Shown here: positions 53,848 through 62,631 of the stretch, one piece after another
How positions within the stretch are numbered: position 1 is the first letter of the stretch
How the letters are laid out: each line of letters starts with the position of its first letter
Source of the DNA: an uncultured Gammaproteobacteria bacterium
GTDB lineage: Bacteria; Patescibacteriota; Microgenomatia; UBA12405; JAHJSD01
Length of the DNA: 64,000 bases
Assembly (NCBI GenBank): GCA_964428655.1
Contig: CAYRYE010000001.1
Span: 312,406-376,405, forward strand
Direction: 5' to 3'
Notes under the pieces: model-generated
The model's input: the letters and a program-made list of their open reading frames with translations, nothing else
Database searches by the model: none
Told to the model about the DNA's origin: nothing
Translations under genes and position numbers: made by a program

Positions 53848-54665
53848 CAAGAGAAAACTATTACGATAAAGCCGAAATTAAATTGAAGGAAGTTGTGCCT
53901 AATGAGGGTATCCTTGAATGGTCTCAAAGAATTACTTCGCATGAACTTTCTGGCTTAGAACTAATGGGCTGTTGTGTTGAAAACAAAGAAAGTGGTCTAA
54001 TTTCAACATACCATGATAACAGAATTGTCTTTTTCAACAGAACGATAGGAGTATCGATCGACAATGTTCCCCTGGCAAATGTCGAACCTTTACCTCGTGA
54101 GGTTATCGTTTCGTCATTCATTAAGAAACCAAAAAAAGTTGAATTGTACCTAGAAAATACTGGCTGGGACCATACCTTGTCTTCAATTATTTTGGTTACC
54201 AGATTGGATTCTAAGCTACAAGCCCCCGATGTTTCTTTTAGGTTTGAGGATGTTAAGAGTGATACTAACTTCAAAGAGGGGTTTAGTGTTTTTTCTAGTT
54301 TCTTTATGAAACCTGATGAAGCGCTTTCAGACACAAGGTCAAGATTCTCTCATAATGTTAAGCATGGTCCTCATAAAGTAGCTTTTCGTGAAACGGAACC
54401 TATCGCCATGGTAGGTTCGATTGTCATCGGCGATACTGCCACTATATATTCCGGAATTGTTGATAACAGGTATCGAAATACAAAATTATTGGATGCTATG
54501 CTGTGTTGTTTAAATGGTTCTTTGATAAGTGAGGGAGTATCATATATTTATATGAAAACCAGAAATAGGGCTGTATCTTTGTACGCCCAACGCTTTTATG
54601 GCGTTGAACATATATATAACGAGAGAGTTTATGAAAAAAAAGAAAAAAAGAGTTCTAGTGCTTGA
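53844..54665 (+). CDS. hypothetical protein, possibly acyl-CoA N-acyltransferase (GNAT)-like fold
   Basis: Translationally coupled between the deacetylase and the ATP-grasp gene; weak C-terminal GNAT-like segment. Confidence 0.3.
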   Translation: MTRENYYDKAEIKLKEVVPNEGILEWSQRITSHELSGLELMGCCVENKESGLISTYHDNRIVFFNRTIGVSIDNVPLANVEPLPREVIVSSFIKKPKKVELYLENTGWDHTLSSIILVTRLDSKLQAPDVSFRFEDVKSDTNFKEGFSVFSSFFMKPDEALSDTRSRFSHNVKHGPHKVAFRETEPIAMVGSIVIGDTATIYSGIVDNRYRNTKLLDAMLCCLNGSLISEGVSYIYMKTRNRAVSLYAQRFYGVEHIYNERVYEKKEKKSSSA

Positions 54666-55560
54666 ATCAGGAGGACCCTGTGGTATTTCAGCGATTAAGT
54701 TATTGAAGAAAAACGATATTACATTTGTTGTTGCTGCGGATATTGATACTTATTCCCCTTCATTTTCCATGGCTGACGTTGGTATCATTGTTCCCCCTGC
54801 CGGATCACCCGAATTTGCAAGCACGATCCAGTCAATACTCAATGAGTATTTAATTGATATTGTCTTACCAACTTTTGAACACGGCTACAAGAGCCTGTCT
54901 AGTCTTAATAACAAAGCTTTTGTGACAGATTTTAAGTCTGCTCTTGCATGTAAAGATAAATTGAAGTTTCACTCATTATGTAAAAAGAAAGGTTTACCCA
55001 CCCCCGACACAAAATTAATGAGTGATGTTTCTAAAATTGATGGCTCCGTATACATAAAACCTAGGGTAGGTGTTGGTAGTAGAAATAATTATCCGATTGA
55101 AAACGACGCACAATACCAAAAGCTGAAAAATTACATTACTCACCACAATAAATACATCGTCCAAGATTTATTGAAGGGAGATCATTGGAACATTGATGTA
55201 CTAGTGGAGGATGGCAGTTTCAAGAGAGCCATCCCCAGAAGAGACTTGAAACAAAAAGAAGGAAATTGCATTACCGTGTCAATAAAACGGTATAAAAAGC
55301 TAATTGAATTTTCTAAACAAGTTCAAAAGAAGTTATTTATTCAATCCCCATTCAACCTGGAAGTTTTCGACAACAATGGAAATTTTACAATTAACGAGGT
55401 CAATGTACGATTTGGAGGTGGTGTAATTTTTGGTGCACTGGCGGGTGTCGACATTGTTTCTTACTTAGTCACAAAAGACGAAAACTTCTTGGGAATCTTG
55501 AAAGAAAAAGTCTACAGTAGGTATTATGAAGAGATAGAAGTCAAAAATTACATTAAATGA
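54631..55560 (+). CDS. ATP-grasp ligase
   Basis: Pre-ATP-grasp then KLKFHSLCKKKGLPTPDT... YIKPRVGVGSRN ATP-grasp core. Confidence 0.55.
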   Translation: MKKKKKRVLVLESGGPCGISAIKLLKKNDITFVVAADIDTYSPSFSMADVGIIVPPAGSPEFASTIQSILNEYLIDIVLPTFEHGYKSLSSLNNKAFVTDFKSALACKDKLKFHSLCKKKGLPTPDTKLMSDVSKIDGSVYIKPRVGVGSRNNYPIENDAQYQKLKNYITHHNKYIVQDLLKGDHWNIDVLVEDGSFKRAIPRRDLKQKEGNCITVSIKRYKKLIEFSKQVQKKLFIQSPFNLEVFDNNGNFTINEVNVRFGGGVIFGALAGVDIVSYLVTKDENFLGILKEKVYSRYYEEIEVKNYIK

Positions 55561-56084
55561 TTCTTTTAATTATATATTTTCTGTTTGTCTTTCTTTCTTT
55601 TTGGTACACAAAATCCGACGAAATCACTGACCAAAACAAAAACGCCTTCATAGTTATTCTGTCAGGGAAGAACAAGTACATAGCAAAATTCAGAATTAAA
55701 GAAGGGATTAAGTTATATAGAAAAGGAAATCAAATAATTGTTTGTGGCAAAAAAATGTCTAAATTCATGAAATTTGAGCTTGAAAAAACAGGGGTTAAAA
55801 AAGTTTTAGTCCAGGATATGTCTACCAATACAAATGAGGATGCAAAATATCTTGTTGAAATGTTTTCCCAGACAAAAAACAGAAAAATCATATTGGTAAC
55901 AAGTTTAAGCCACCAAAGAAGGGCATTTCACTCCTTTTTGAATTTCTACCAAGAATCCCATATCATAAACAGGCCAGCTTGGGGTGAGATTGTGTCTTGG
56001 TATTCTCCGTTGTTGCCCAGTGGTTGGTTCGCAGTCATTCTAAATATTTACAAAGATCTTCGATACAATGGAAGAGTGTTATAA
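55557..56084 (+). CDS. DUF218 (YdcF/ElyC-like) domain protein
   Basis: FIVILSGK...IIVCGK, NTNEDAKY, ILVTSLSHQRRA match the DUF218 pattern. Confidence 0.5.
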   Translation: MILLIIYFLFVFLSFWYTKSDEITDQNKNAFIVILSGKNKYIAKFRIKEGIKLYRKGNQIIVCGKKMSKFMKFELEKTGVKKVLVQDMSTNTNEDAKYLVEMFSQTKNRKIILVTSLSHQRRAFHSFLNFYQESHIINRPAWGEIVSWYSPLLPSGWFAVILNIYKDLRYNGRVL

Positions 56085-56437
56085 TTAATCCCTAGTAACT
56101 TCTTCTGAATTTTTAATTGTTTAAGGGTAATATCAAACTTAATCTTCTGGTTGCGAAACGTGTCCAATAGAGGGAGCCGATTGTCCCTACTCGAACTATT
56201 TCAGCAATTTTAAAACCCCGCATGATAGCATTTTATTCCTTAGCTTCCAGTTTTGTGGTAAAATCTCTCCTGGCTAAACCACAGCTTGACTCTCATCTTG
56301 GAGATGTTTTTCCCTTGATACCTCGGTAATTTCTTTATCTTTATAGCGATTTTGTTCCGGCAGAGTTAATAGGGTGTGCCTGTTATGTTGTTATGCTATT
56401 ATGTATTATAAAAATAAGCGAAAGGGGGTGATAAGAA

Positions 56438-56980
56438 GTGAAAAAGTTTTTACCTTTTATTATTGTTGGAGTGATAATTGTTGTTTCAATATTTGGTTTT
56501 AGGGCTTTTTCTGGGAAAGAAGAGGAAGAAGCTCTTTCTTTATCAGGAACTTTGCCAGAAAGTTCTTCTGGCGGTTCGGCGACAAAGGAATTCAGCGGCA
56601 GCCTTAAGGCAGTTATGGCTTTGGGAGTGCCAATGAAATGTACTTGGAAAAGAGATAATAATTATTTTGGCGCTTCTTGGGTTAAGGGCAAGGATTCTTA
56701 TGGAGAAATTACAATGGAGGGCAGGAACGTAAAAGTGATTTATAAAGATAATTGTATGTGGAATTGGCAAGAGGGCAACAGCCAGGGAATGAAGATGTGT
56801 TTTGATCCAGTTGAAATGGAAAAAATGTTAGAGGGTGAAAGTGTTCAGGGCCAGGATCAGAGTCAAGGAATGCCGGCTGATATTGATTATCGCTGCGCTC
56901 CGGCAGTATTTACCGAGGCTAAGTTTAATCCGCCTGCCGGCGTTAATTTCATGGACCTTGAGGATATGATGGGTCAGTGA
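56438..56980 (+). CDS. secreted/anchored hypothetical protein (GTG start)
   Basis: RBS aaggggg, signal anchor, Cys-containing mature region. Confidence 0.4.
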   Translation: MKKFLPFIIVGVIIVVSIFGFRAFSGKEEEEALSLSGTLPESSSGGSATKEFSGSLKAVMALGVPMKCTWKRDNNYFGASWVKGKDSYGEITMEGRNVKVIYKDNCMWNWQEGNSQGMKMCFDPVEMEKMLEGESVQGQDQSQGMPADIDYRCAPAVFTEAKFNPPAGVNFMDLEDMMGQ

Positions 56981-57015
56981 GCGGTTAAAGTTAAAAAGAG
57001 GTGCCAATAGGTTTT

Positions 57016-58098
57016 TTAACGGTACGGCGTCCAATCGGCGATGGGAGCGGTGTTGTAGGTGATAAAATTAATGGCATAGAGATAAATAGCCGGCAGAATA
57101 AGCAGAAATATTATTTTAAACTCTTTCTTTCTTAGAAAGCTGGAAAAGGCAATAATCCAAAAAGGATAAAGAGGAGCTGAATAACGTGAAATATCCCGAT
57201 GGGCTATGAAAATTGTGGCCAAGTAAAAGACAGTTGGGAAAAGCGCGATAATATCGGTTTTGTATTTTTTAATTAGATAAACAACGGCCAAACCTCCAAG
57301 CAGATAAATATAGATAATGTCTTCCAGCCAAAAGTCTCCCAGCCAAGAACGAGAACTGATAAAAGTTTGGAATGGAGTAAAGGTCAGATGGAAATTATCG
57401 CCTGAATGAAAATAGGCCCAGAAGTTGCCGGCTTGTTGTCTAAACAACCAGAAGATCGGCAAAACAGCTAAAGGGCCTAGAAATAATGGCCATTTTTTGA
57501 ACCATTTTTTAATTTGAAACTTATCATGTATTAATATATGCAAACCAAAGGCAACAGATAATAAAATGGCCGGGGTTTTTATTGTTTGGGCGATTGCCAA
57601 GAATATTCCTGACCATAAGAATTTATTTTTTCTAAAAAAGAGGATTGATAAAAGTATTGTGCTTGTGAATAAAGCTTCTGGAGACCCCACGCTTCTCAAG
57701 ATAAAATTTCTGGCTGGCAAGAAGAGTGAAATAGTTGATAACCAAAAAGAATTTTTAATTTTCAATTGATTGAGAAGCAGATAAAAAGCAGTGACCGTGA
57801 TCCCAGCGCCAATTAAATTAACTAACAGCATTGCCCACCAGCCGGGTAAAAATTTGTCGAAGATAGAAATCAGAAAAGAATAGCCGGGAAAATGAGCGGG
57901 ATAGTATTCAAGAGGCAGGGGAAGAGAGAAGTTTTTCCCGATGCAATCTTTGTTATACCAGCATTTAGCGATGATAATATAATTAGGGCCGTCGTAATTA
58001 GAGAAAATTTTATCCATCCGCTTTGCCTGATTAAAAGGAAGCCAGACTAAAACAGTAGAACTAATGGTAATTAACCAAAGAAAAAGGATTTTTTTCAC
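57016..58098 (-). CDS. polytopic membrane protein, putative GT-C-fold glycosyltransferase (same family as the partial gene at 62629)
   Basis: 11 or more TM segments; shares the P..Y.P..P.Y first-loop motif with the 62629 gene. Confidence 0.4.
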   Translation of the reverse strand: MKKILFLWLITISSTVLVWLPFNQAKRMDKIFSNYDGPNYIIIAKCWYNKDCIGKNFSLPLPLEYYPAHFPGYSFLISIFDKFLPGWWAMLLVNLIGAGITVTAFYLLLNQLKIKNSFWLSTISLFLPARNFILRSVGSPEALFTSTILLSILFFRKNKFLWSGIFLAIAQTIKTPAILLSVAFGLHILIHDKFQIKKWFKKWPLFLGPLAVLPIFWLFRQQAGNFWAYFHSGDNFHLTFTPFQTFISSRSWLGDFWLEDIIYIYLLGGLAVVYLIKKYKTDIIALFPTVFYLATIFIAHRDISRYSAPLYPFWIIAFSSFLRKKEFKIIFLLILPAIYLYAINFITYNTAPIADWTPYR

Positions 58099-58150
58099 GC
58101 CTTATGTATGATAACATAACTAGTAGTTAGTGGTTAGTGGCTAGTAGTTA

Positions 58151-58861
58151 GTGAAAAAACATTTAGTTTCTGAACTTTCGGTTTTCTTTCCTGCTTATAA
58201 TGAGGAAAGAAACATTAAGCAAACAATTTTGGAGGCGATTTTTGTTCTCAGGGAAATTACTCCTAAATGGGAAATTTTGGTGATCAATGATGGTAGTACT
58301 GATAAAACCGGCGAAATTATTGAGGATTTAATCAAAAAACACCCAGAAATTAGAATGGTTAGCCATAAGCCAAATAGAGGTTACGGAGCTGCTTTAAAAG
58401 CTGGTCTTTATGGCTGTCAATATAAATGGATTGCTTTTACTGATGCTGACGGCCAGTTTAATTTTAAAGGAATTTACCACTTTATTGATACTGCCCAGCG
58501 TGAAAAGGCTGATTTGGTGATTGGCTATCGCTTTAAACGACAAGATTCAATAGTGCGGCTTTTTATTGCTTTTTTATTGAAAATTTGGAATTTTGTTTTT
58601 TACCGTATTTGGTATAAGGATGCTGATTGCGGCTTTAAATTAATTAAAAAAGAAGTTATTGATGAAATACCAAAACTGCAAACAGAAAGCGCTATTACTG
58701 AGACTGAATTTTTAATTCAAGCTAAAAAGGCAGGTTTTAAAATTATGGAAATTGGTGTTAAGCACTATCCTAGGATAGGGGGTAAATCAACAGGTGGCGA
58801 TCCTAAGGTTATTTGGAAGGCGGCAAAAGAGAGTTTTAAGTTATGGAAAGTACTCCACTGA
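58151..58861 (+). CDS. GT2 glycosyltransferase (Dpm1/ArnC-like polyprenol-phosphate sugar synthase)
   Basis: LSVFFPAYNEE, VINDGSTD, FTDADGQ (DxD). Confidence 0.75.
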   Translation: MKKHLVSELSVFFPAYNEERNIKQTILEAIFVLREITPKWEILVINDGSTDKTGEIIEDLIKKHPEIRMVSHKPNRGYGAALKAGLYGCQYKWIAFTDADGQFNFKGIYHFIDTAQREKADLVIGYRFKRQDSIVRLFIAFLLKIWNFVFYRIWYKDADCGFKLIKKEVIDEIPKLQTESAITETEFLIQAKKAGFKIMEIGVKHYPRIGGKSTGGDPKVIWKAAKESFKLWKVLH

Positions 58862-60345
58862 GAAATCTTAAATCTCAAATCCTGAATCTCAAAAGAATAT
58901 TCTTTAGAGATTTTTTCTTGGTGTTGATTTTACTTTTGGCTGCCTTTTTAAGGCTCTATCGAATTTCTGGCCAGATGGAGTTTTTGGGTGATCAGGGAAG
59001 GGACGTTCTTATCGTTCAGCGTTTTTTAAAAAAAGGCGACTTGATGTTTATTGGGCCCCAAACTTCGATTGGCGGCATGTATTTGGGACCCTGGTATTAC
59101 TACTTAATGGCCCCAGCTCTACTTTTAGCCAATTTTAACCCTGTTGGCCCGTCAATAATGGTGGCCCTAATTGGAGTGGCTACTGTTTGGCTGGCCTATA
59201 AGGTGGGAAAAGAATGGTTCAATAAGGAAACCGGTGTTTTGGCCGCTTTGTTAACAGCCATTTCTCCAGTAATAGTTTATTATTCAATTTTTTCTTGGAA
59301 TCCCAATGTAATGCCTTTTTTTGCCCTTTTATCAATTTGGCTTACTTGGCGAATTTGGCAGAAAAATGAATTCAAAAAACTTCCTTGGCTGGGGTTTTCT
59401 TTGGGGATGGTTTTGAATTCTCACTACTTGGGGCTGCTGCTTCTACCACTGGTTGCTTTTTTTTGGTTCTTAGCTCTGAAAAAAAATTGGCACAAAAAAA
59501 CCCAGAAACACTTCATACTTCATACTTCATACTTCATACTGATTTTGTTTTTCCTAATGTCCCCTCTGATTTTGTTTGACCTAAAGCACGACTTTCTCAA
59601 TTTTAAGGCTTTCAAACAATTTTTTATGATTAGACAAACTACTGTTAATCTTAAATTCTATAAAGGGTTTCTTAAGTTGCCAATAATTGTTAGTCAGCTT
59701 TTTGCTAATTTGTTGGCAGGAAAAGATTATTTGGCAGGCATCTATTGGTTATTGCTTTTTCTGGGTCTTGGAATTTGGAAATTAAGAAAAAATAAAAATC
59801 TGTGGTTTATATTGGCTTGGCTTTTGGTTGGAATTTTGGGGATATCTAATTACAAACAGCATGTTTTTGCCCATTATTTTGGTTTTTTGTGGCCGGTAGC
59901 AGTTTTGTTAGCCGCTTTATTTTTAAAAAAAACTCTTCCTTTTAGTCTGCCAATTATTGCTTACCTTGCTTGGCTGAGTTTATCAAATTGGCACGGTTGG
60001 CAGCCGGCTAATTCTCAGTTAAAACGAGCTAGAGAAGTCTCTGATTTCATTTGTCAACAGACGAAACAAGCTGAAAAATATAATATAGTTAATCTGGCCG
60101 CTTATAATGACTTTAGGGCCATGCCATATCGTTATTTTTTAACAAAGGATTGCCCCCGACCAGTAATGGTCGATACTTCCTATCCTGATGCCCGTTCCCT
60201 TTATGTGGTTCAGGAAGATCCAAGTAAATATCCTGATCCTGTTGGCGCTGATGTTTGGGAAATTCAATCAGGCGGCAATTGGGAAGTTGAGAATGAGTGG
60301 GTGGTATTCGACACTAAGATTTATCGATTAACAAAAAAGGGATGA
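58843..60345 (+). CDS. GT-C membrane glycosyltransferase (ArnT/PMT-like, COG1807 type)
   Basis: 12 or more TM helices, conserved first-loop region GDQGRD...; contains the (CTTCATA)4 repeat. Confidence 0.6.
   Translation: MESTPLRNLKSQILNLKRIFFRDFFLVLILLLAAFLRLYRISGQMEFLGDQGRDVLIVQRFLKKGDLMFIGPQTSIGGMYLGPWYYYLMAPALLLANFNPVGPSIMVALIGVATVWLAYKVGKEWFNKETGVLAALLTAISPVIVYYSIFSWNPNVMPFFALLSIWLTWRIWQKNEFKKLPWLGFSLGMVLNSHYLGLLLLPLVAFFWFLALKKNWHKKTQKHFILHTSYFILILFFLMSPLILFDLKHDFLNFKAFKQFFMIRQTTVNLKFYKGFLKLPIIVSQLFANLLAGKDYLAGIYWLLLFLGLGIWKLRKNKNLWFILAWLLVGILGISNYKQHVFAHYFGFLWPVAVLLAALFLKKTLPFSLPIIAYLAWLSLSNWHGWQPANSQLKRAREVSDFICQQTKQAEKYNIVNLAAYNDFRAMPYRYFLTKDCPRPVMVDTSYPDARSLYVVQEDPSKYPDPVGADVWEIQSGGNWEVENEWVVFDTKIYRLTKKG
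59511..59538 (+). repeat. perfect heptanucleotide tandem repeat (CTTCATA)x4 inside the GT-C gene, preceded by A8 and A7 tracts
   Basis: cttcatacttcatacttcatacttcata; encodes HFILHTSYFIL. Confidence 0.9.
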
Positions 60346-61115
60346 AGAAGGTTAAAAATATTTATCTTTCGATTACTATTCCCTGCTATAACGAAAAAGA
60401 GAACTTAAAAAGAGGTGTTTTGAGTGAGGTTTGGAAATATCTTAAGAAACAGGATTATTCTTGGGAGGTAATTGTTTCTGATGATGGTTCTACTGACGGG
60501 AGTTTAAAGCTTGTCAGAAGTTTTGCGCGAAAACACAAGGGCTTCAGGGTCTTAGAAAATAAACACAAAGGCAAGCCTTGGGCGCTTTGGCAGGGAATAA
60601 AAGCAGTTAAAGGAAAGTATATTTTGTTTGCCGATATGGATCAATCAACTCCGATTGATCAGCTTGGTAAGCTTCTTTCTTGGTTGAAAAAGGGGCATGA
60701 AGTGGTGATTGGCTCAAGGGGAATAGAGCGAAAGAATTTCCCTTTTTTTCGCAAAATTGGAGCAGCGGTTTTTAGAAATTTCAGGAAATCACTTCTTTTG
60801 CCACAAATAAACGATACCCAGTGCGGATTTAAATTGTTTAAAACTAAGGTGGCAAAGGAGATTTTTCCTAAATTGGAAGTTTTGAAAAAACATGGTTCCG
60901 GCTGGACAGTTACTTCGTACGATGTCGAACTCTTGTTTATTATTGATAAGTTGGGCATTAAGATAAAAGAAGCGATTGTTGATTGGGAGGATAGGGATGT
61001 AAGTTTAGGGAAGGGAAAAAGTTATATTGCCAGGTATTTTAAAGAATCAAAAGAAATGTTTGGGCAAATTTTGAAAGTCAAACTAAATGATTGGCAGGGG
61101 AAATATGATGAATAA
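60342..61115 (+). CDS. GT2 glycosyltransferase (Dpm1/ArnC-like)
   Basis: ITIPCYNEKEN, VSDDGSTDGS, FADMDQS (DxD). Confidence 0.75.
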   Translation: MKKVKNIYLSITIPCYNEKENLKRGVLSEVWKYLKKQDYSWEVIVSDDGSTDGSLKLVRSFARKHKGFRVLENKHKGKPWALWQGIKAVKGKYILFADMDQSTPIDQLGKLLSWLKKGHEVVIGSRGIERKNFPFFRKIGAAVFRNFRKSLLLPQINDTQCGFKLFKTKVAKEIFPKLEVLKKHGSGWTVTSYDVELLFIIDKLGIKIKEAIVDWEDRDVSLGKGKSYIARYFKESKEMFGQILKVKLNDWQGKYDE

Positions 61116-62631
61116 AAAAATTACAATTGGTAATTTCCAGTTTGCCGTTTACCATCTTTTTATTTTCCTTCTCATTATCTTTCTCTACTTTTTTACTCGT
61201 CTTTATCATTTGACTGCTTTGCCGGTTTTTTGCGATGAGGCGATCTATGTTCGCTGGGCCCAAATTATGAAAAATGAGCCTAGTTTGAGATTTTTGCCTC
61301 TTCAGGATGGTAAACAGCCGCTTTTCATGTGGCTGGTGATACCGGCTCTGGAGATATTTCATGATCCGCTTCTTGCCGGACGGATGGTTTCTGTTTTTGC
61401 CGGTTTAGCCACTTTGATAGGCATGGTTGTTTTACCGATTATCATGAATCGATTCATCGCAATTGGTTTGATGAGCGGATTATTGTATGTTTTAGCGCCG
61501 TTTACTTTATTTTTTGACAGAATGGCTTTAGTTGATAGTCTCCTTTCCGCTTTTGGGATTTGGTCTTTGATTTTGGCAATATTGCTGGGCCGGTACAGAA
61601 GGCTTGATTTGGCGATGATTTTGGGAATGATATTGGGTGGAGCAATGCTGACTAAAAGTCCTGGTCTTTTATTTTTGGCCATGAGCTTGCCAGTCTCTTT
61701 TATATTTATGATTAAAGGAAAAGAGAAAAAAGATAGTTTTTTCCTTTGGGGATTAAAGAGCCTTAGTTTATTGGGGATCAGTTTGTTTTTTGCCTTCGGG
61801 ATTTATAATATTCTTCGTCTGGGGCCAAGTTTTCACATGATTGCCATTAGAAACAAAGACTATGTCTGGCCAATTGCGGAAATAATTAAACATCCCCTAG
61901 ATCCTTTAAAGCCTCATATTAAAGATGTTCTCCGTTACTATTGGCATTATTTAACTCCCCCTTTTATAATCTTGGGGTTGATAGGAATTTTATCAGTTAA
62001 AAAAGATCTTATTTTTCTTTTATTAATTAGCTGGTGGCTTTTGCCTTTATTGGGACAGAGCGTTTTTGCCAGGGTTTTTACTGCTCGGTATATTTTATTC
62101 AGCCTTCCCGTTTTTCTGTTTTTTATTGCTGTTTTCACTGCCAGAATTTGGGATTTTGCTAGGGAAAAGGTGGGTAAACTGGCCTATCTTCTTCTTTTTC
62201 TTTTAATCCCGGCATTATCTTTTAATTGGCGGCTTTGGCGTGATCCGGTTAAAGCCCCATTGCCTAAAGATGAACGGGCTGGTTATTTGGAAGATTGGAC
62301 TGCCGGACAAGGGATAAGGGAGATAGCCGATTATTTGAAAAAAGCGCCAAGAGAGCAGGGGATTGTTGTGGGAACAGAAGGCCATTTTGGCACTCTGCCT
62401 GATGGTTTACAGATTTATCTTGAGGGAGAAAAAGATATTACCGTCCTCGGCATTGGGCATCCAGTCAATAAAGTGGCTGATCCCTTGGTTGGATCCAGAA
62501 AAGCAGAGAATAAGGTTTATTTGGTTGTTAATCAAAGCAGGTTTCAAATGATTGACAAAAATGAACTGAGTTTAATTAAAGGATATGAAAAACCAGGAGG
62601 AGATAAGTTGTTATTTTTTGAAGTTCTATGA
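61087..62631 (+). CDS. GT-C membrane glycosyltransferase (ArnT/PMT-like)
   Basis: 13 or more TM helices; N-terminal loop with CDEAIYVRWA; coupled to the upstream GT2. Confidence 0.55.
   Translation: MIGRGNMMNKKITIGNFQFAVYHLFIFLLIIFLYFFTRLYHLTALPVFCDEAIYVRWAQIMKNEPSLRFLPLQDGKQPLFMWLVIPALEIFHDPLLAGRMVSVFAGLATLIGMVVLPIIMNRFIAIGLMSGLLYVLAPFTLFFDRMALVDSLLSAFGIWSLILAILLGRYRRLDLAMILGMILGGAMLTKSPGLLFLAMSLPVSFIFMIKGKEKKDSFFLWGLKSLSLLGISLFFAFGIYNILRLGPSFHMIAIRNKDYVWPIAEIIKHPLDPLKPHIKDVLRYYWHYLTPPFIILGLIGILSVKKDLIFLLLISWWLLPLLGQSVFARVFTARYILFSLPVFLFFIAVFTARIWDFAREKVGKLAYLLLFLLIPALSFNWRLWRDPVKAPLPKDERAGYLEDWTAGQGIREIADYLKKAPREQGIVVGTEGHFGTLPDGLQIYLEGEKDITVLGIGHPVNKVADPLVGSRKAENKVYLVVNQSRFQMIDKNELSLIKGYEKPGGDKLLFFEVL

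Noticed and set aside
58120-58152. tagtagttagtgg / ttagtggctagtagttagtg short repeats before the GT2 gene at 58151
   Set aside because: Only two to three imperfect copies, overlapping the GTG start. Possibly an operator, but too short to call.
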